A DNA stretch of 64,000 nt, taken from assembly GCF_000004825.1 (NCBI RefSeq), contig NW_008805103.1, forward strand, positions 183,941 through 247,940, in the 5' to 3' direction. The stretch comes from Heterostelium pallidum (Eukaryota). The first letter of the stretch is position 1. Every line of letters begins with the position of its first letter. Position numbers and translations under genes: made by a program. Below the pieces are notes generated by a model. That model ran no database searches and had not been told where the DNA came from. It was given only the letters and a program-made list of their open reading frames with translations. Positions 35,470 through 49,500 of this stretch are shown here, one piece after another.

Positions 35470-38400
35470 ATGAAAATGTCAGCTACTACTGGAGGTACTT
35501 TATCAACGACTACACCAAATATCAGTAACAGTAGTAGCACCGGTGGTGGTGGACATCATAGAACACACTCGAGAAACATCAGCATCGGTGGAATAGGAAA
35601 GAATGTCGCAAAGATCAATGACTATTCATTCAGTTATCTAACACCAACTACAAAACAACAGCACCAACAACAATCAACACAATCGAGTTCGACAACAACT
35701 ACTACTTCTACTACCAATATAAACATCGATAAAAAGTCTAGTAACAACAATCATCATCGTGGTGTATGTATAATTTACATTCTGTAATATTGTTTGATAG
35801 ACTACAATACATATACTTACATTGTAATGTTTAATGTTATCTTTTTTTAAATAGCCAATCATTAAAACAACAAAAGATCTGTTGGAGTTTTATAAACGTT
35901 GCAATCCTGATTTCAGTTATGTATCGTCGCTCAATCCAAGAAGAGTTTTAACACATCCTTCCGAAGGTGTTTTAAACGAAGGTTTCGACAATGTCAACTC
36001 TGATTATATTATATATGTCAATGATATTATTGGTTCAGATTTTAATCAACGGTAATGATCGCATTACATTTGTGTTTATATTATTATTATTATTAACATT
36101 GTTATTTTTATTCCTGATCTCACTCATAGTTATAAAGTATTGGATACACTTGGACAAGGAACATTTGGACAGGTTGTTAAATGTCAGAATTGCGATACCA
36201 ATGAACTCGTGGCAGTGAAGATACTAAAGAATAAGAGTGCTTATTTTCAACAGGGAAGATTGGAGATTGAAATTTTAAGAAAGGTAAATATAGTTGATCC
36301 AGATACAGAGATGATTGGTGTGATCATTGTAAATGTTGATAATTTAATTAACCTTTTTATATACGTTATTATTATTGTTGTTATAGTTAAATATTACATA
36401 TGATCCAGATAACAAAGCAAATATATTAAGATTGTTGGATTCATTTGTTTTCAAAAAGCATCTTTGTATTGTTTTCGAATTGCTAAGTGTCAATCTATTC
36501 GAGTTGATTAAGCAGAATTCATTCAGAGGATTGTCAACCAACCTGATAAAGGTATTTCTCATTCAGATACTTGATGCACTCATAGTTCTATCGAAAGCAA
36601 ATATGATACATTGTGATTTGAAGCCAGAGAATATTTTATTACAAAGGTATGATCATACTTATACTCTTATACTATAATAAGATATATGAAAGCAGTTGAA
36701 CTAACAATATTGTCTATCAATAATAATAACATTAGTGTCAATTCACCAAATATAAAGTTAATAGATTTTGGATCGGCTTGTTATGAAAATCAGACTATTT
36801 ATACTTATATTCAATCGAGACACTATCGATCACCAGAGGTGCTGGTCGGTTTGCAATACACTAGTTCCATTGATATGTGGTCACTGGGTTGCATATCGGC
36901 AGAGTTGTTTTTAGGATTACCATTGTTTCCAGGTACATCAGAGTACAACCAAATCTGCAGGATCATCGACATGCGTGGAATGTTCTCAAACGAAATGATA
37001 GAGAAGGGCAAGAACAGCGCAAACTATTTCAAACAAACCATTGAAAATGGAAAAGTTATCTATAAATTGAAATCAGAGGAAGAATATCAAAGAGTAACTA
37101 TCTATTTCAAAACTGCAGTAAATTTCATTCACCATAACTAACTAACTAACTAACTAAACATTTTTGGAATACACACAGGAAACAAACAAAGTTTTAGAAC
37201 CACAAAAGAAATATTTTAACTATAAATTATTACCAGAAATCATTCAGAACTATGGATTTAAAAAGACTCTTACTCCACAGGAAATAGAAAAAGGTAAAAA
37301 CAACAAACCAAGTTACAAACTACTGGTAATCGACCTAACAAAAACTAACTTTTGTATTTTGTTATCTTTCTGATCAGAAAAACATAATAGAATTGTATTT
37401 ACAGATTTTGTTTCAGGTCTTTTAAATTTGGATCCAATCGATAGATGGTCACCTATGCAAGCTAGAGAACATCCTTTTATTACAGGTTCACCGTATACCG
37501 GTCCGTTTGTTCCCGATCCTCTAAAGAAGAATCCATTCACCTCCAGTGGCTCCACTTCCACTGCTGCCAAGCCAATCATGCTAAACACCGCCGCCGCCGC
37601 TGCCGCTGCGCAGAATCACTCGTTCAACGGCAGCAACAGCAGCTTTGGAAAACGTGTTCCCATACTCCCGCCATTCAAACACTCGTTGGGTGGCGAACCG
37701 GCCTACTTCCCAGAGTCGTATTCACCTCGTTCACTTTATGGCTCGTTTTCAAACAACAACAACGGTATCAATTCACATCAATCATCTTCACAACTGGCAC
37801 TTGGACAGAGTCCATCGATGTTTGGAACACCTTCGAATATGTTTCCACCGGTTCCGTTCAGTCCACACTATGGAAGCACTCCCTACTATGGTTCATGGGG
37901 CGGATCCGACGGATTACCACCTCCACCCCTCAATTCTTCGATTTATCAACAACAACAGCAACAGCAACAACAACAGAACTCTAGACGTGGAAGATCAAAG
38001 AGCGATGCTCCTAATTCCAATGGTAACAACAATAACAACAACGATCTTTTACCACCAAGTATGCATAATATCAATGGTGGTAACAACAACAATAACAATG
38101 GCAATGGTATGATGAACATGATGCTCGATGATCAATATAGTTTAGACGCAGAGAAACCACCAATGTATCCACTGAATTCACCACAGAGAAAGAGATCTCA
38201 GTCTGGATTGGTGCCGATGGACAATCCATATCATCAATTCATCCCGAGAATACATTTGGATCATTGGAGCTCGTCGAATCGCTTTCGATCACATAGCTAT
38301 GGTGAACAACACAACCAACATCCATCGAATAAACAGCAACAACAACAGCAGCAACAGCAACAACAACAGTTACAACAATCACCATTACAACACTCTGCTC

Positions 38401-39818
38401 CACAGATTTTCGATTACAACAGACAGCTACAGCAACAGCAACAACAATCGCAAAGGCAATATCATCATAACCCTCAATATTCACCACCCATTCCAAATTC
38501 ACCTCAAATCAATCTACCACTTACACCTCAGTTGATTTCACAAGATCCAATCAGTCCTTTGATGGGCTCTGACTCTGGAATGATCAATTGGAATCCATCG
38601 CCATCCGAGGAGATGTTGTTCCCAATCGAACAACTGCTACCTTCACAACAACAAACACCACAATTAACTTCACAGCAGCAGCAGCAATCAGCCAACCCAC
38701 TAAGTAAGAGTACATCGAGTCCAGTGGGATCACGATTCATTCCGCAACAACTACAGCAACCACAACAACAACAGGGCTGGAAGATGGAGGACATGAATAG
38801 CAACTTCAACACGATGCAGATCAACGGTGGCGAGAGTGGCAGTTGGCAACCACCTTCATCGCCATGGGGTATTCCACAATTTTCGATTCAAAACGAATCA
38901 CCCTATGACAATGGTGGTGGCGATTCACAGCACAACAACATGATCTCCTACAGTCCCTATGGTATGAACACAATGATGTTCCAGTCGCCACCCACCTCGA
39001 ATTTCAATAACTACGCCATCAAACAGTCGCCACCCACCAGAACATTCTACAACGATATGCAGAGTAATAGTCATGGTGCCTACAACAGCAACAACAACTA
39101 TGGTGTCGGTGGTGGATCTAATCATCCACACTCTTATAGTGCACCCTCGAAATATCAGCAGATCAATAACAATCTTCAACAACAACAACAGCAACAACAG
39201 CAATTGAATCAACAGTCACCTCCTTCCTCTAATTTTAACAACATCAACAACAATGGACATCAGGTAGGTGGTAACAAACCCATTAAAAATCGACCAAGAA
39301 ACGATGCATTTTCAAGAACATCGCCACCTTCTTCACGAGCCCACCCACAACAACAGCAGCAGCAACAACAACATCAACAATCACCAACCAAACCAATTTC
39401 ACTTTCTCAATCATTTTCACAGCAACAGCAACAACAGCCATATCAATCTCCATCAACCCCGTTGTCTCCCAACACTCCACCATTCATACCACAACAATAT
39501 TTAAATCATCCACCACTTCCAACAATAGTACAACTACCAACAAAACAACAATCAAATTACAATAATCAACAACAACAACAACATAATAATAATAATAATC
39601 AATATAATCAACATCATCATCAACAACATAATAAGCAAAATAATCAACTCTCACATTCAAAAGAATTGAATAACGAAAATGAGGAATCTAAACAACAACA
39701 ACAAACTACTATTCACAACCAAGAAATCAATACCAATAATAACAATGGACAAAGCGTAAATAGGAAACTTTTAATTGGATCTTATCGTGATCCTATCGCA
39801 TCATCTCCTCCTCCATGA
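35470..39818 (+). CDS. yakA: Yak1-type DYRK-family protein kinase (YakA orthologue), 7 exons, ~1263 aa, with very long Q/N/S-rich C-terminal region
   Basis: Exons 35470-35763, 35855-36051 (DYRK-homology box ..[20 protein letters not shown]), 36130-36283 ([34 protein letters not shown]), 36387-36646 ([38 protein letters not shown]), 36736-37093 ([50 protein letters not shown]), 37179-37293, 37405-39818. Closest by motif to S. cerevisiae Yak1. Confidence 0.9.
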
Positions 39819-40066
39819 TTATAACTAGTTAATAAAATATAATCTCTCGCTTTATTATTACACATAATTTTATCATTCTAATTAGTATTACTATGAATCA
39901 TTATTTTGTGTCGACATTGTTTTAAAGTTTATTAATTTTTATTTTTCCAAACAAGAATCAAATCAATCAATTTTTATTTTAAATTTATTTGTTTACCATT
40001 GTTGTTTATCATTATCATTAATCTAACTTTTATTATTTAGATTAAAGTTGTCGTTTAATTCGGAAT

Positions 40067-42032
40067 ATGAGTTCATCTGGTGGTGGAAGTTCGAGAAGAG
40101 ATAGAGATAGAGACAGAGACAGGGATAGAGATAGAAGAGGTGGTGGCGATAGAAGAGACAGAAGAGATAGAGACAGAGACAGGGATAGAGATGTAATATT
40201 GATATAACTTTAAATATAAATATAAACATAACATATCTAATTACTTACATATCAATAATAAATAAAAATAGGATTTGACACCTACCAAATCAATCTTGAC
40301 AAAGTCAAGAGTTTCAAATTCACCAATAAAGATTGAACAGCAAATAAATATTAAAAAAAGAGAGGAACCAACTTCACCTTCAGTAATTGTTACATCTTCA
40401 TCAACAGCAACAACTGATCCACAATATTCGATAAATCAGAACCAATCTACAACAACTACAACTACAACATCATCACAACACCAAAGACAAACAGAGACAG
40501 CAAAACAAAATCAACAGCAGCAGCAGCAACAACAACAACAACAACAATCGGCACATTCACAACAACTATCACCTTCATTTCTACATAAACCAGTTAATTC
40601 ATCTGATAACAACAATAATAATAGCAACAACAAAATAGAAGAAATATCACCTACACTTAGAAGTAGTTTAATTCAACCTATTATCTATACACCAATTAAA
40701 ATACTATCGAAATTTAAATTAAATATTGATTCTGCACTTAAAGTATGTGTGTCAATGTTATGTTTATAATACTATTGCTTACTTTTCATTTAACTAATCA
40801 CTGTATGTTGTTGGTATATCTGTTTATAGCTATTGACAAAAGATGAAAATTTTATGGTTGTTGGCGTTTTAGGTGGTCAGTCAACAGGTAAATCAACTAT
40901 ACTATCATCGCTGATCACTCAAGATCCACTGCAATACCCATTCGAAGTACAAACAGAAGCTAATTTTTGTCTTGGTAATCACCAGACCAGAGGAATAGAT
41001 ATATACGTTACACCCGATCGTTTCATATTTTTAGATACACAAGTAACTATCAAACAAATCAAGTATACTAGAGAATATGCTGTCTGTGTATAATTGAAAA
41101 CAATATTTAAAACAACCTATTACCTACTATATAATTATAGCCACTGCAGAGTATTTCTATTGTATGCGAACTGATAGAGAAGAATACACACTATCCAAAT
41201 CAATATAGCTCTCATGAACACTATCATCATGTACAGTGTTTGAAGATGATCGTTTTCATTATCAGTGTCTGCAATGTCGTATTGATAGTCCAAGAAAGTA
41301 AATCAATTGATATTCCTATTTGTAATTTAATTCGTACCGCTCTTATGTTAAAGGTAAAACAACTATCACCAAATTATTTTGATTACCAATTAACAATATA
41401 ACTTACTTTTTTTTCACTCATTTATAGAATAGAGTACCAGATATCACCAATCCAATTCCAAACAATGATATTGAATCGAATGAATTCATTGCGAAAATGG
41501 GTAAGCTTAAAATTAATCAATCAATGAATTGATAGTGATAAATCGTTCACCTACTTATTACTAATATCGCTCTAATTCTAACTCTCAAAATAGTATTTGT
41601 ATTTAATAAACTATCAGAATTGGATTTCAATATTGAAGAACTGGAAAAACCATTAACCTTTTTAATGGGATCAAAAATGAATGATTATGCAATTGATCGT
41701 ATGTATTAATTTTGGTTATTTATATCATCTTGGTATCATTTATATATTTACAAATTACTTAAATATTTATAGTTAAACCAATTCCAGATAAATATATATT
41801 TACTCAACAATCTCAACCAACACAAACATTTGCATCGATTCCCAAATATCATGAAACAATTGAACAGTTGAAAAAACGGTTACTTCTCATGAAGGCACAA
41901 ACCAAGTTTTCAAAGCCAATGACAGAGAAAGAATGGTTGGTCAACGCTGCAAAACTACATGAATTCATTCAAGACTATGAATATATTGATAATTATAACA
42001 AGGTTTTACAATCAAAAAAGTATAGAAACTAA
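40067..42032 (+). CDS. smg9: SMG9 orthologue (NMD factor, SMG1-complex subunit with degenerate NTPase fold), 7 exons, ~486 aa, N-terminal (RD)n repeat
   Basis: Exons 40067-40192 (MSSSGGGSSRRDRDRDRD..), 40272-40742, 40830-41042 (..ENFMVVGVLGGQSTGKSTILSSLITQDP..QTRGIDIYVTPDRFIFLDTQ; compare human SMG9 DFLVVGVLGGQGSGKSTVMSLL..QTSGIDFFITQERIVFLDTQ), 41141-41353 (..VCNVVLIVQE..), 41428-41500, 41594-41698, 41773-42032 (..TEKEWLVNAAKLHEFI..). Confidence 0.8.
40085..40192 (+). repeat. (AGAGAT/AGAGAC)n hexanucleotide array encoding (RD)n in SMG9 exon 1
   Basis: Read directly: agagatagagatagagacagagacagggatagagat, in two blocks separated by GGTGGTGGC. Confidence 0.9.
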
Positions 42033-44730
42033 TTCATTGTTATAATAAACAAAAATTTAAAAGTATAATCAAATCTCATAATTACTTTATGAATAAAAAT
42101 AATTTTAAATTCTCTTTATCATCTTTGGTGTGATCTTCCTTAAAAAGAATAAGCAGACAAGACAGTGTAGTTTACATAAAGAAAAAAAAATCATTTTAAA
42201 ACATTATTGTTATTTTGTAATTTGTTATATACACTATGATTGATTCCAGATCAATCATAGAACATTTGTATTGTTTTTGATTTTTTATTAAATATTTACA
42301 GATTTAGTTAATTTACATATACATATCAAATATGATGTTAAAGAACTTGAGATGTTTTGTTGGTATATTATATACATGAGTAAGTGCGTGTGTGTGTAGA
42401 TATCTGACTATATACAAGAGTGTTTGTTTGCGATCCAGATTCTTCCACAGAATGGACCATTGGTTTAAATTCCTCGATCTCCTCACACAAAAAAAAGTAA
42501 TTAATAAAATACTTTTTTTTTTTTTTTTTTTTTTTTTGGTATTCTTATTAACTATTGGTTAGAGTGATCCGACCTCAACGACTTGAACCATACGATACCA
42601 AGAAGACTCTCTATTTTGTTGATTGTTTGGTGGAATAGCGATTGATGGACTACGAGTAACAAAATTGTCTGATGAAGTATCCAATGAGGGTTTGTTGTCA
42701 ACTTTTGTGTTATTTATCTTTGTATCGATCTTTGTATCGATAGTTGGTGGTGCACTACTCTTTGACTCAAAACTTCCAGAAAATAATTCCAATGATCTTC
42801 CTATTTATATTATAAAAGTTAAAATATTAATTATCTTTTGCCTCGGTACAATCTTTAGCTTCATTTGTTTTGGGTAACAACTTACTTAAGAACGACATTT
42901 TAAATGTAATATAGTATAAAAATTATAAAAATAATTTGGTTGTTTTGTTTTGTTGTTTTTCGAAACTGTTATTTGTTTAAAGAGTTTTTATAAACAAAGA
43001 TTTATCTTGCTTGCTTGTTTTTATTGAGTAAGTAAGTAAATGGTAATTAAAAACAAAATGAATGGTGATATTGGTGTTGTTAACTTTGATTCTTTTGTAA
43101 AAAAAATAACAATAATAAATGTTAAATACACAAACAAATAATAATTTATTGGAGAATATGTGTGTGTGAGTGTGTGTTTGTTTGTGTGTGGGGAAGTAAT
43201 AATTGGAGCGTTTTAATTAATAAAAAAAAAAGTTTGTTATTTTCTTTTTGGTGCTATATTGCAAAGAATTATATTAATTATATTTAATTTAAAAAAAAAT
43301 GTTATTTTTTAGAGTAATAGTGCCATGAACCAAAAAAAAATAAATAAAAAAAATCAATATCCTATTAATGGAAATTAATGTTTTTTTTCTTTTTCGAAAC
43401 AGATTTTTTTTTAAATTCATTACAATACCACACTTTTTCTTGAATAGCGTGGGTGTGAGTGTGTTGTATTTTTTTTTACAACAAAAAAATGAAAATTTAT
43501 TATAAAAAAAAAGATTTCCAAATTAAATGAAAAAAAAAGTAATATATTTGGTGATTGTGCCAATGTTTTTTTTTTTTGATATATTTATTCATAGTTTTCT
43601 CTCCCCTACCACTCACCTCACATTATATCACCATTGATTTCATCATCAAAAATGAGAGAATGATAATATGTTGGTATTAACTATTTTGATGTAGTCAACA
43701 ACATAATACAATTCTATCAGTTCGAGGGGTTTTTGAATTTATTACCAATAACAAAATAACACAACAACTGTCATTTTTTTTTTTTTCGCTTACCTTTTTC
43801 ATGAGAGGTGCGAGATACCTACCAATCAAACTGAACTGCCAACAAACTGTCATAATCACTCATTATCATTATCATTATCATTATAAAAGTAATTAATGAA
43901 CGAATGTTCTGTTCTTGATAATATTGTGAATGGTTTTTTTTTTGTTTTCAACTTCTGCAATAGGAAGTGGTCAAGTAAGATCGATGTCTTTTCTTATTTG
44001 CCACCAAGCAAATTAATCCAAATAAGCAATCCGATAAAAATTATATTCTTATTTTTTTTTATTATCATTGCCTTATATATTATGTTAATTAATCAATTGA
44101 AAATCAAACTTTATGAAGTTTCATTGTTAGCTGTAACACATTGTGTGGAGTATACTACTATGTCAAAATAAATAAAAATACTGGCAAAAAATGAATTTGT
44201 TTAAGTTGGAATAACCAATAATAATCCAATATTTTAATTCGAATCGTCGATTTGCAAATCGAACTTTGATAAACAAACATAATATTAAAAAACATTAAAT
44301 TTTAAACGATATTTGTTTCAAAATTTATATATCTTTTTATTATTCTTTTTGTTTATTGATTATCTTTGCTCTATTAATACAATTAAATTAAAATACTGCA
44401 AAACTTGCTTTCTCCTTAGAAAAATAAAAATGATTATTTTTTGATTTTTTTGAAAAATTAAGAAATTTTTTAATGATTAATAATATTTTTTAAAAAGTTA
44501 AATTAATTTGAATGTTTAACCCCATTATCATATACACACACGCACACATTGTTTACTTGTTGATAACATAATAATACGTTATCAAAAAAATAAAAAGCAC
44601 ATTCAAATTTAATTTATATATATTTATGTTTGTATATACACATTTTGAATAGATAGAAAGATAGAGTTGTTAAGGAAGGTTGTGAAGAAGAAGAAGATAA
44701 ATAAATATTGCTATATAATTTGATGTAAAG

Positions 44731-46355
44731 ATGGATCAGAAACATCTGTATAGTACTGGTGTCGGTGTTGGTGGTGGTGGTGGTGTTTCATATCAATCAC
44801 CAAAGATACAAAGATATCAGTCTGGCCAGAATGGTAATGGCAATGGCAATGCTCTTCTTGATACCATTGCTATAAGCAGCAACAGCAACAACAACAATAT
44901 GAGCAGTGGTGGTGGCAGCAACAAGAGTTCCATTAGATATAGTAACGATAGTAGCGATCATTATCAACATCAACATCATCATAATAACAACAACGACGAA
45001 TCAATAGGTGATGAAGATAGTTATGATTTCGAAGATGATGATAGTAATAGTAACGATCATCATAATCATCATCATCATCATAGTAACGACGACGACAATC
45101 AACAACATCAACAACATATTATAGATTTTCAACAACTAAAAAACAGTTCCTATTCACCACAAGACAAACAATATTGGAGAACAAGATTGAATTCAGGTCT
45201 TTTTGCAATAGTGTTCCTCGAATGTTTATTTATTTTCACATATGTACCTTATTTCTATTATTTCACAGCACAATCGAAATCCATAGTTGCATCTGCACTC
45301 ATTCTATTGATCTATCATGCAATCATGTTTTTAGTTCAATTCTCATTGTTTAGAACTACATTTACCGATCCCGGTGGTATACCCAATGGTTTCCCACAAT
45401 CTGTATGTTAATAATGAATTAATTATAAAAAAAACATTGTTTCTCATTTACTAATGTAACTTTTATAATTATTTTTTTTAATATTTAATAGATTTTCTCC
45501 GAACATGAAAAGTTTGTTAATCTTATTTTTAGTTATTATTTCAATGTTATCTTTCATATTTATTAACTAATTTATTTTTGATCATTTTATAGTTTATTAT
45601 ATGAAACAAACAGTCAAGGACAAAAAAGAAAATGTTCAAAGTGTCTTAAGATGAAACCAGATAGGACTCATCATTGTTCAAAATGTAAAAGATGTGTATT
45701 GAAAATGGATCATCATTGGTATGTTATTATCGATAGTAAAATGTTATAAACAGAGTTTATAGTTTAGATTTACTAACTTGTTTGTTAAAACTATCTCTAA
45801 ATTATTAATTTTTACAATAGCCCATTTGTAAACAATTGTGTAGGATATTTTAATTACAAATATTTTGTATTATTTTTGTTTTGGACTACCATCCTCTGTT
45901 TCTTTGTGATTGGTACAACATTCCAAAACTTTTTTAATATTATTAATAGAGTAAATATCATCTGAAGATAAATATATTGTAATTAATCATATTTCTAACT
46001 AATTACTTATTTTCTTCTATTTTCCTTTTAGAACGATGAAAATATATTTGTTGGTGTTGTATTTGTGATTGCTCTTATTTTTGGATTAGGTTTGTCAGTT
46101 TTCACGATGACTCACTTTAGTTATGTTTTCAAGAATGTCACTACTATTGAACACATGGAGAAGAAACTTCGATTCAGTAAGCAATCCACCACAAACAACT
46201 CACTGTTTGATGTGGGACATTATCATAATTGGTGTCAGGTTTTTGGTTACACTGCCAGTAAATGGTTCCTACCTGTACCACCTTCCTATGCTCTTTCATC
46301 TGGAATGATATTCCCTGTGAATTGCTCAGAGGATTCACCCTTGATGGGGTTTTAA
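44731..46355 (+). CDS. DHHC-type protein S-palmitoyltransferase (zDHHC), 4-5 exons
   Basis: Exons 44731-45402 (N-terminal region, His/Asn-rich, TM1-TM2, ..[14 protein letters not shown]), 45593-45718 (..[31 protein letters not shown]|), 45821-45950 (|[26 protein letters not shown].., the DHHC-CRD), 46032-46355 (..TTIEHMEKK..*). Exon 1 ends in phase 0 but exon 2 must be entered from phase 2. A 20-nt micro-exon 45492-45511 (ATTTTCTCCGAACATGAAAA, donor GTTTGT) would restore the frame. That micro-exon is conjectural. Confidence 0.8.
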
Positions 46356-46580
46356 TGGATAGCAACGACGACTATATAAGTTTAGTTTCAAAACAAAGTT
46401 AACAAAAACATCCAACAACCTTTTTTATTTTTTTCAAATCCCTCCTCCAACTCCCGACTTAAATTCAAATTGAATAGTAGTTATTTAAAAAATTTCAATT
46501 TCAATTTGTTTATTATAAAAACAAATAAAAACATTAATTTAATCAAATTTTATCAAACAATTTTATCTATCTATTTATTA

Positions 46581-49500
46581 TTATTTATTTGGTATTACTA
46601 TTGTTTCCATTGGTACACTGACGGGCTTGAAATTTTGAGATGAGTTTATATCGCTAGACATTTCTCGCTTTCTGTAGAAAATGTAGGCAACGGCAGCTCC
46701 TATTACGGCAGCTCCACCAATTCCAACACCAAGTCCAATCGCTAGATTCCTGTTTTTTCTTGCTTGTGCTGATCCTGGACAACGATCCATTTGCATCGTC
46801 ACTTGATATCCACAGCTGATGTTTGAAACAAAGTAAACAATATATCTTCCACTGGTCAGTGGTAACTGAATGTACTCGTCGACCAACGACGAGTTGAAAA
46901 CGGTTGACTCTGCTTCGATATTGTAGATTCCTAGTTTGAATGGGAAGTTGGCTGTCGCTTTAAGTACTTCACAATCTGGGAAATCGAGTGACGGTTGGAA
47001 ATCCATTGTCTTTATCTCGAGACTTCGTGGTTTGAGATTACGTTGACATATTCTGTCGTTGATTACTCCTCGCACTTCGTAGAGATCGGCTTTGAGATCG
47101 GTGAATCCTGTGCTTGAATATTGGTAGTCTTGAGTAGGTACCACTCTAAGCGAGAAATTGAGGAATATGAAGTTTCCGTTCAGCACCGGTGTAATATAAC
47201 CGTTGCCAGCTCTTGGACACACATAGGTTGAGTAGTCCCATTGCAACTCTGGTTCGGTTGAAACAATTTCAATGGTGGCATACTCGTAGCAGAATGGATT
47301 GGTGAGTCGAGTGAGCGTGTAGTTTCCGGTGGTCAGTGAGTAGAATCGGGTGTGAGTACCATTGACATGAGTTTGAATGAGTGAGTTACTTCCTTTCTCC
47401 AATAAACGATAGGATTCTCCAGTTGGAGAATTTGGTATCACAATGCTACCATCATAACTTCCAAGACATGATTCATGATGAACAACGACATTGGAGGTGT
47501 CTAAAGTAGTACCAGTATATCCATTATCCACATATATTGCTGATGAAGAACAGGATGTTGCTCTATGTTCATAGTTGATAGTCAGTGGACCAGCCGGTAC
47601 ATTACTAAGTTGTCCATTGTCCTTCAAAATATAGCTACTCATTTGATCTAAAGAAAATACAAAATCATTATAATTTGTGAAAATATATGAATTTGCTAGG
47701 TTGGAACAAGTTGCTTGTTTTGTTTCCAATTTTGGTTGTACAGGAAGAGCTATGAGAATTATGAAAGAATATTAGAAAATTATTATTGTTTAGAAAAGAA
47801 ATGATAAGGTTGTAACATACGAGTTGAAAAAACAGAGATATAAAAGTTGTCATTACAACCACCATTCCATGAGTATAGAATTCTTGCATTCATGGGGATC
47901 GATGGTGCAGATATTTGAATTATGATATAGGATGATGATACTGGAATAACGGTGGATGCACTGGTGATAAGTTCAACTTTGGCAGAATCCAGGTTGATTC
48001 CTTCGTATGCTGATTTTAAGTGAATGGTTGCGTACTGAACCAAACAAGTTGGTTGCTCCACAGTGTAGGTTACAATTGGTCCAGTGTACATAGGAATGTT
48101 TATCGATGTCCGATATTGACACTTTCCATAGTTGACGATTACAAAGTTATCAGGATATAGACCGGTGACAAAGTTGTTGGTGACGTTATAACGAACGATT
48201 GCACCATTCGAGTAGATATCTGTTATTGGAGGTGATGTACCATTGTCGAATTTCAACGATACCAGCGCAATTGAATCTACCAGCGCAAGATTATTGTTAA
48301 TACAGGATCCATCGCGGACTTTAACGAGATTGGCTGTTGCTGGTGGAACATCGAAATAGACAATGGCAGAGTTGATACAAGCCGAGTTGTTTCGTTTGTA
48401 ATCTATTTTCTTGGAGGAAGCATCCAAACCTGTGAAACTACCGTTGACTGCATTTGCACTTCCCAGCTTGATGTAGGAGTAGTTCTGATAGTTCTTTACA
48501 TTGATTGAACCGGTCGTGGCAAAACATGGTGGTGTAACCATAGTGTACTGGAAGTCAGGATCCACCTTTAAAACTGGAACTTGAATCCTACCAGTGAATG
48601 TACAATAACTTGAATAGTCATCGGTATAAACAATCTTGAGATCCAGAGCATCGTCACTTCTCACCACAATAGTATTATTATTGACACCAACCTGTATAAT
48701 TCCAGATTCAACTTTCTTTATTTTCAAGGCGGTTGTCATCTGAACTTTTGTCAATAAATCATAACAACCTGTTTGACTAGCAGAGAAACTAAAACTTGGT
48801 TTATACATTGGCGCTGTAAATAAAAATTAGTAAATCACATTATGCTTATTATTAATTAAATTCTATTCTTACGTATTGGTGTTGGGTATTTAACTGAAGG
48901 AATTGTACAACCAAAAATATTGTTGGGTGATTTGAATTGGAATTCCAATAGATCTCCTGCTCTATATTCAATTGATGGTGTAATATAGGTGGTTTGCAAT
49001 GGATTGTAGTAAAATTCGGCATGTGCACTACCGTTTTGTGCACATGATGCTGGTCGTTCAATGACGTGCTTTACCAAAAAGTCAAAGGGATTCAAAGGGA
49101 AGTTGTCGAATGTGAAATTCTTTCTTCTCAAATAGTTGTAGTTTTGACAATCACTGTTCTGATACAATACGTATCCATCGACACCTCTTGGCATCCTCGA
49201 GATGAGTCCATAGTTTGACAATGAGTATTCGGTGTAGGAAGGATTGGTGGGATCACGGATATTCACGAAAACACGCAGTACTTTGAAGTGCAAAAAGTTT
49301 GGAATAAATAAAGAGGTATTGTACATACAGTTGAGGTAAGGCAAGTCTTCAAAGATCAACTTTGGCTCTTCACCAGAGATATTTAGACTACCGATCTGTT
49401 CTGACAGACCATAGTTCATTGTCATTAATTTGTCTGCCTGAATTTGGTAAACATTGTTTGGATATTTAGTGGTTTGGCCATACACATAGTTAAGTGGGAT

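Noticed and set aside
37645-39504. ORFs antisense or out of frame to the yakA Q/N-rich last exon (37645-38112, 38239-38502, 38528-38824, 38925-39212, 39283-39483)
   Set aside because: Reverse or alternate reading of CAA/CAG/AAC repeats gives V/C/L-rich pseudo-proteins.
42050-44730. Possible gene in the 2.7-kb gap between smg9 and the DHHC gene (ORFs 42559-42792, 42623-42877, 43896-44171)
   Set aside because: The ORFs are short, overlap each other on opposite strands, lie in >80 percent AT sequence and lack motifs or splice context. More likely UTR or promoter space with (GT)n microsatellites.
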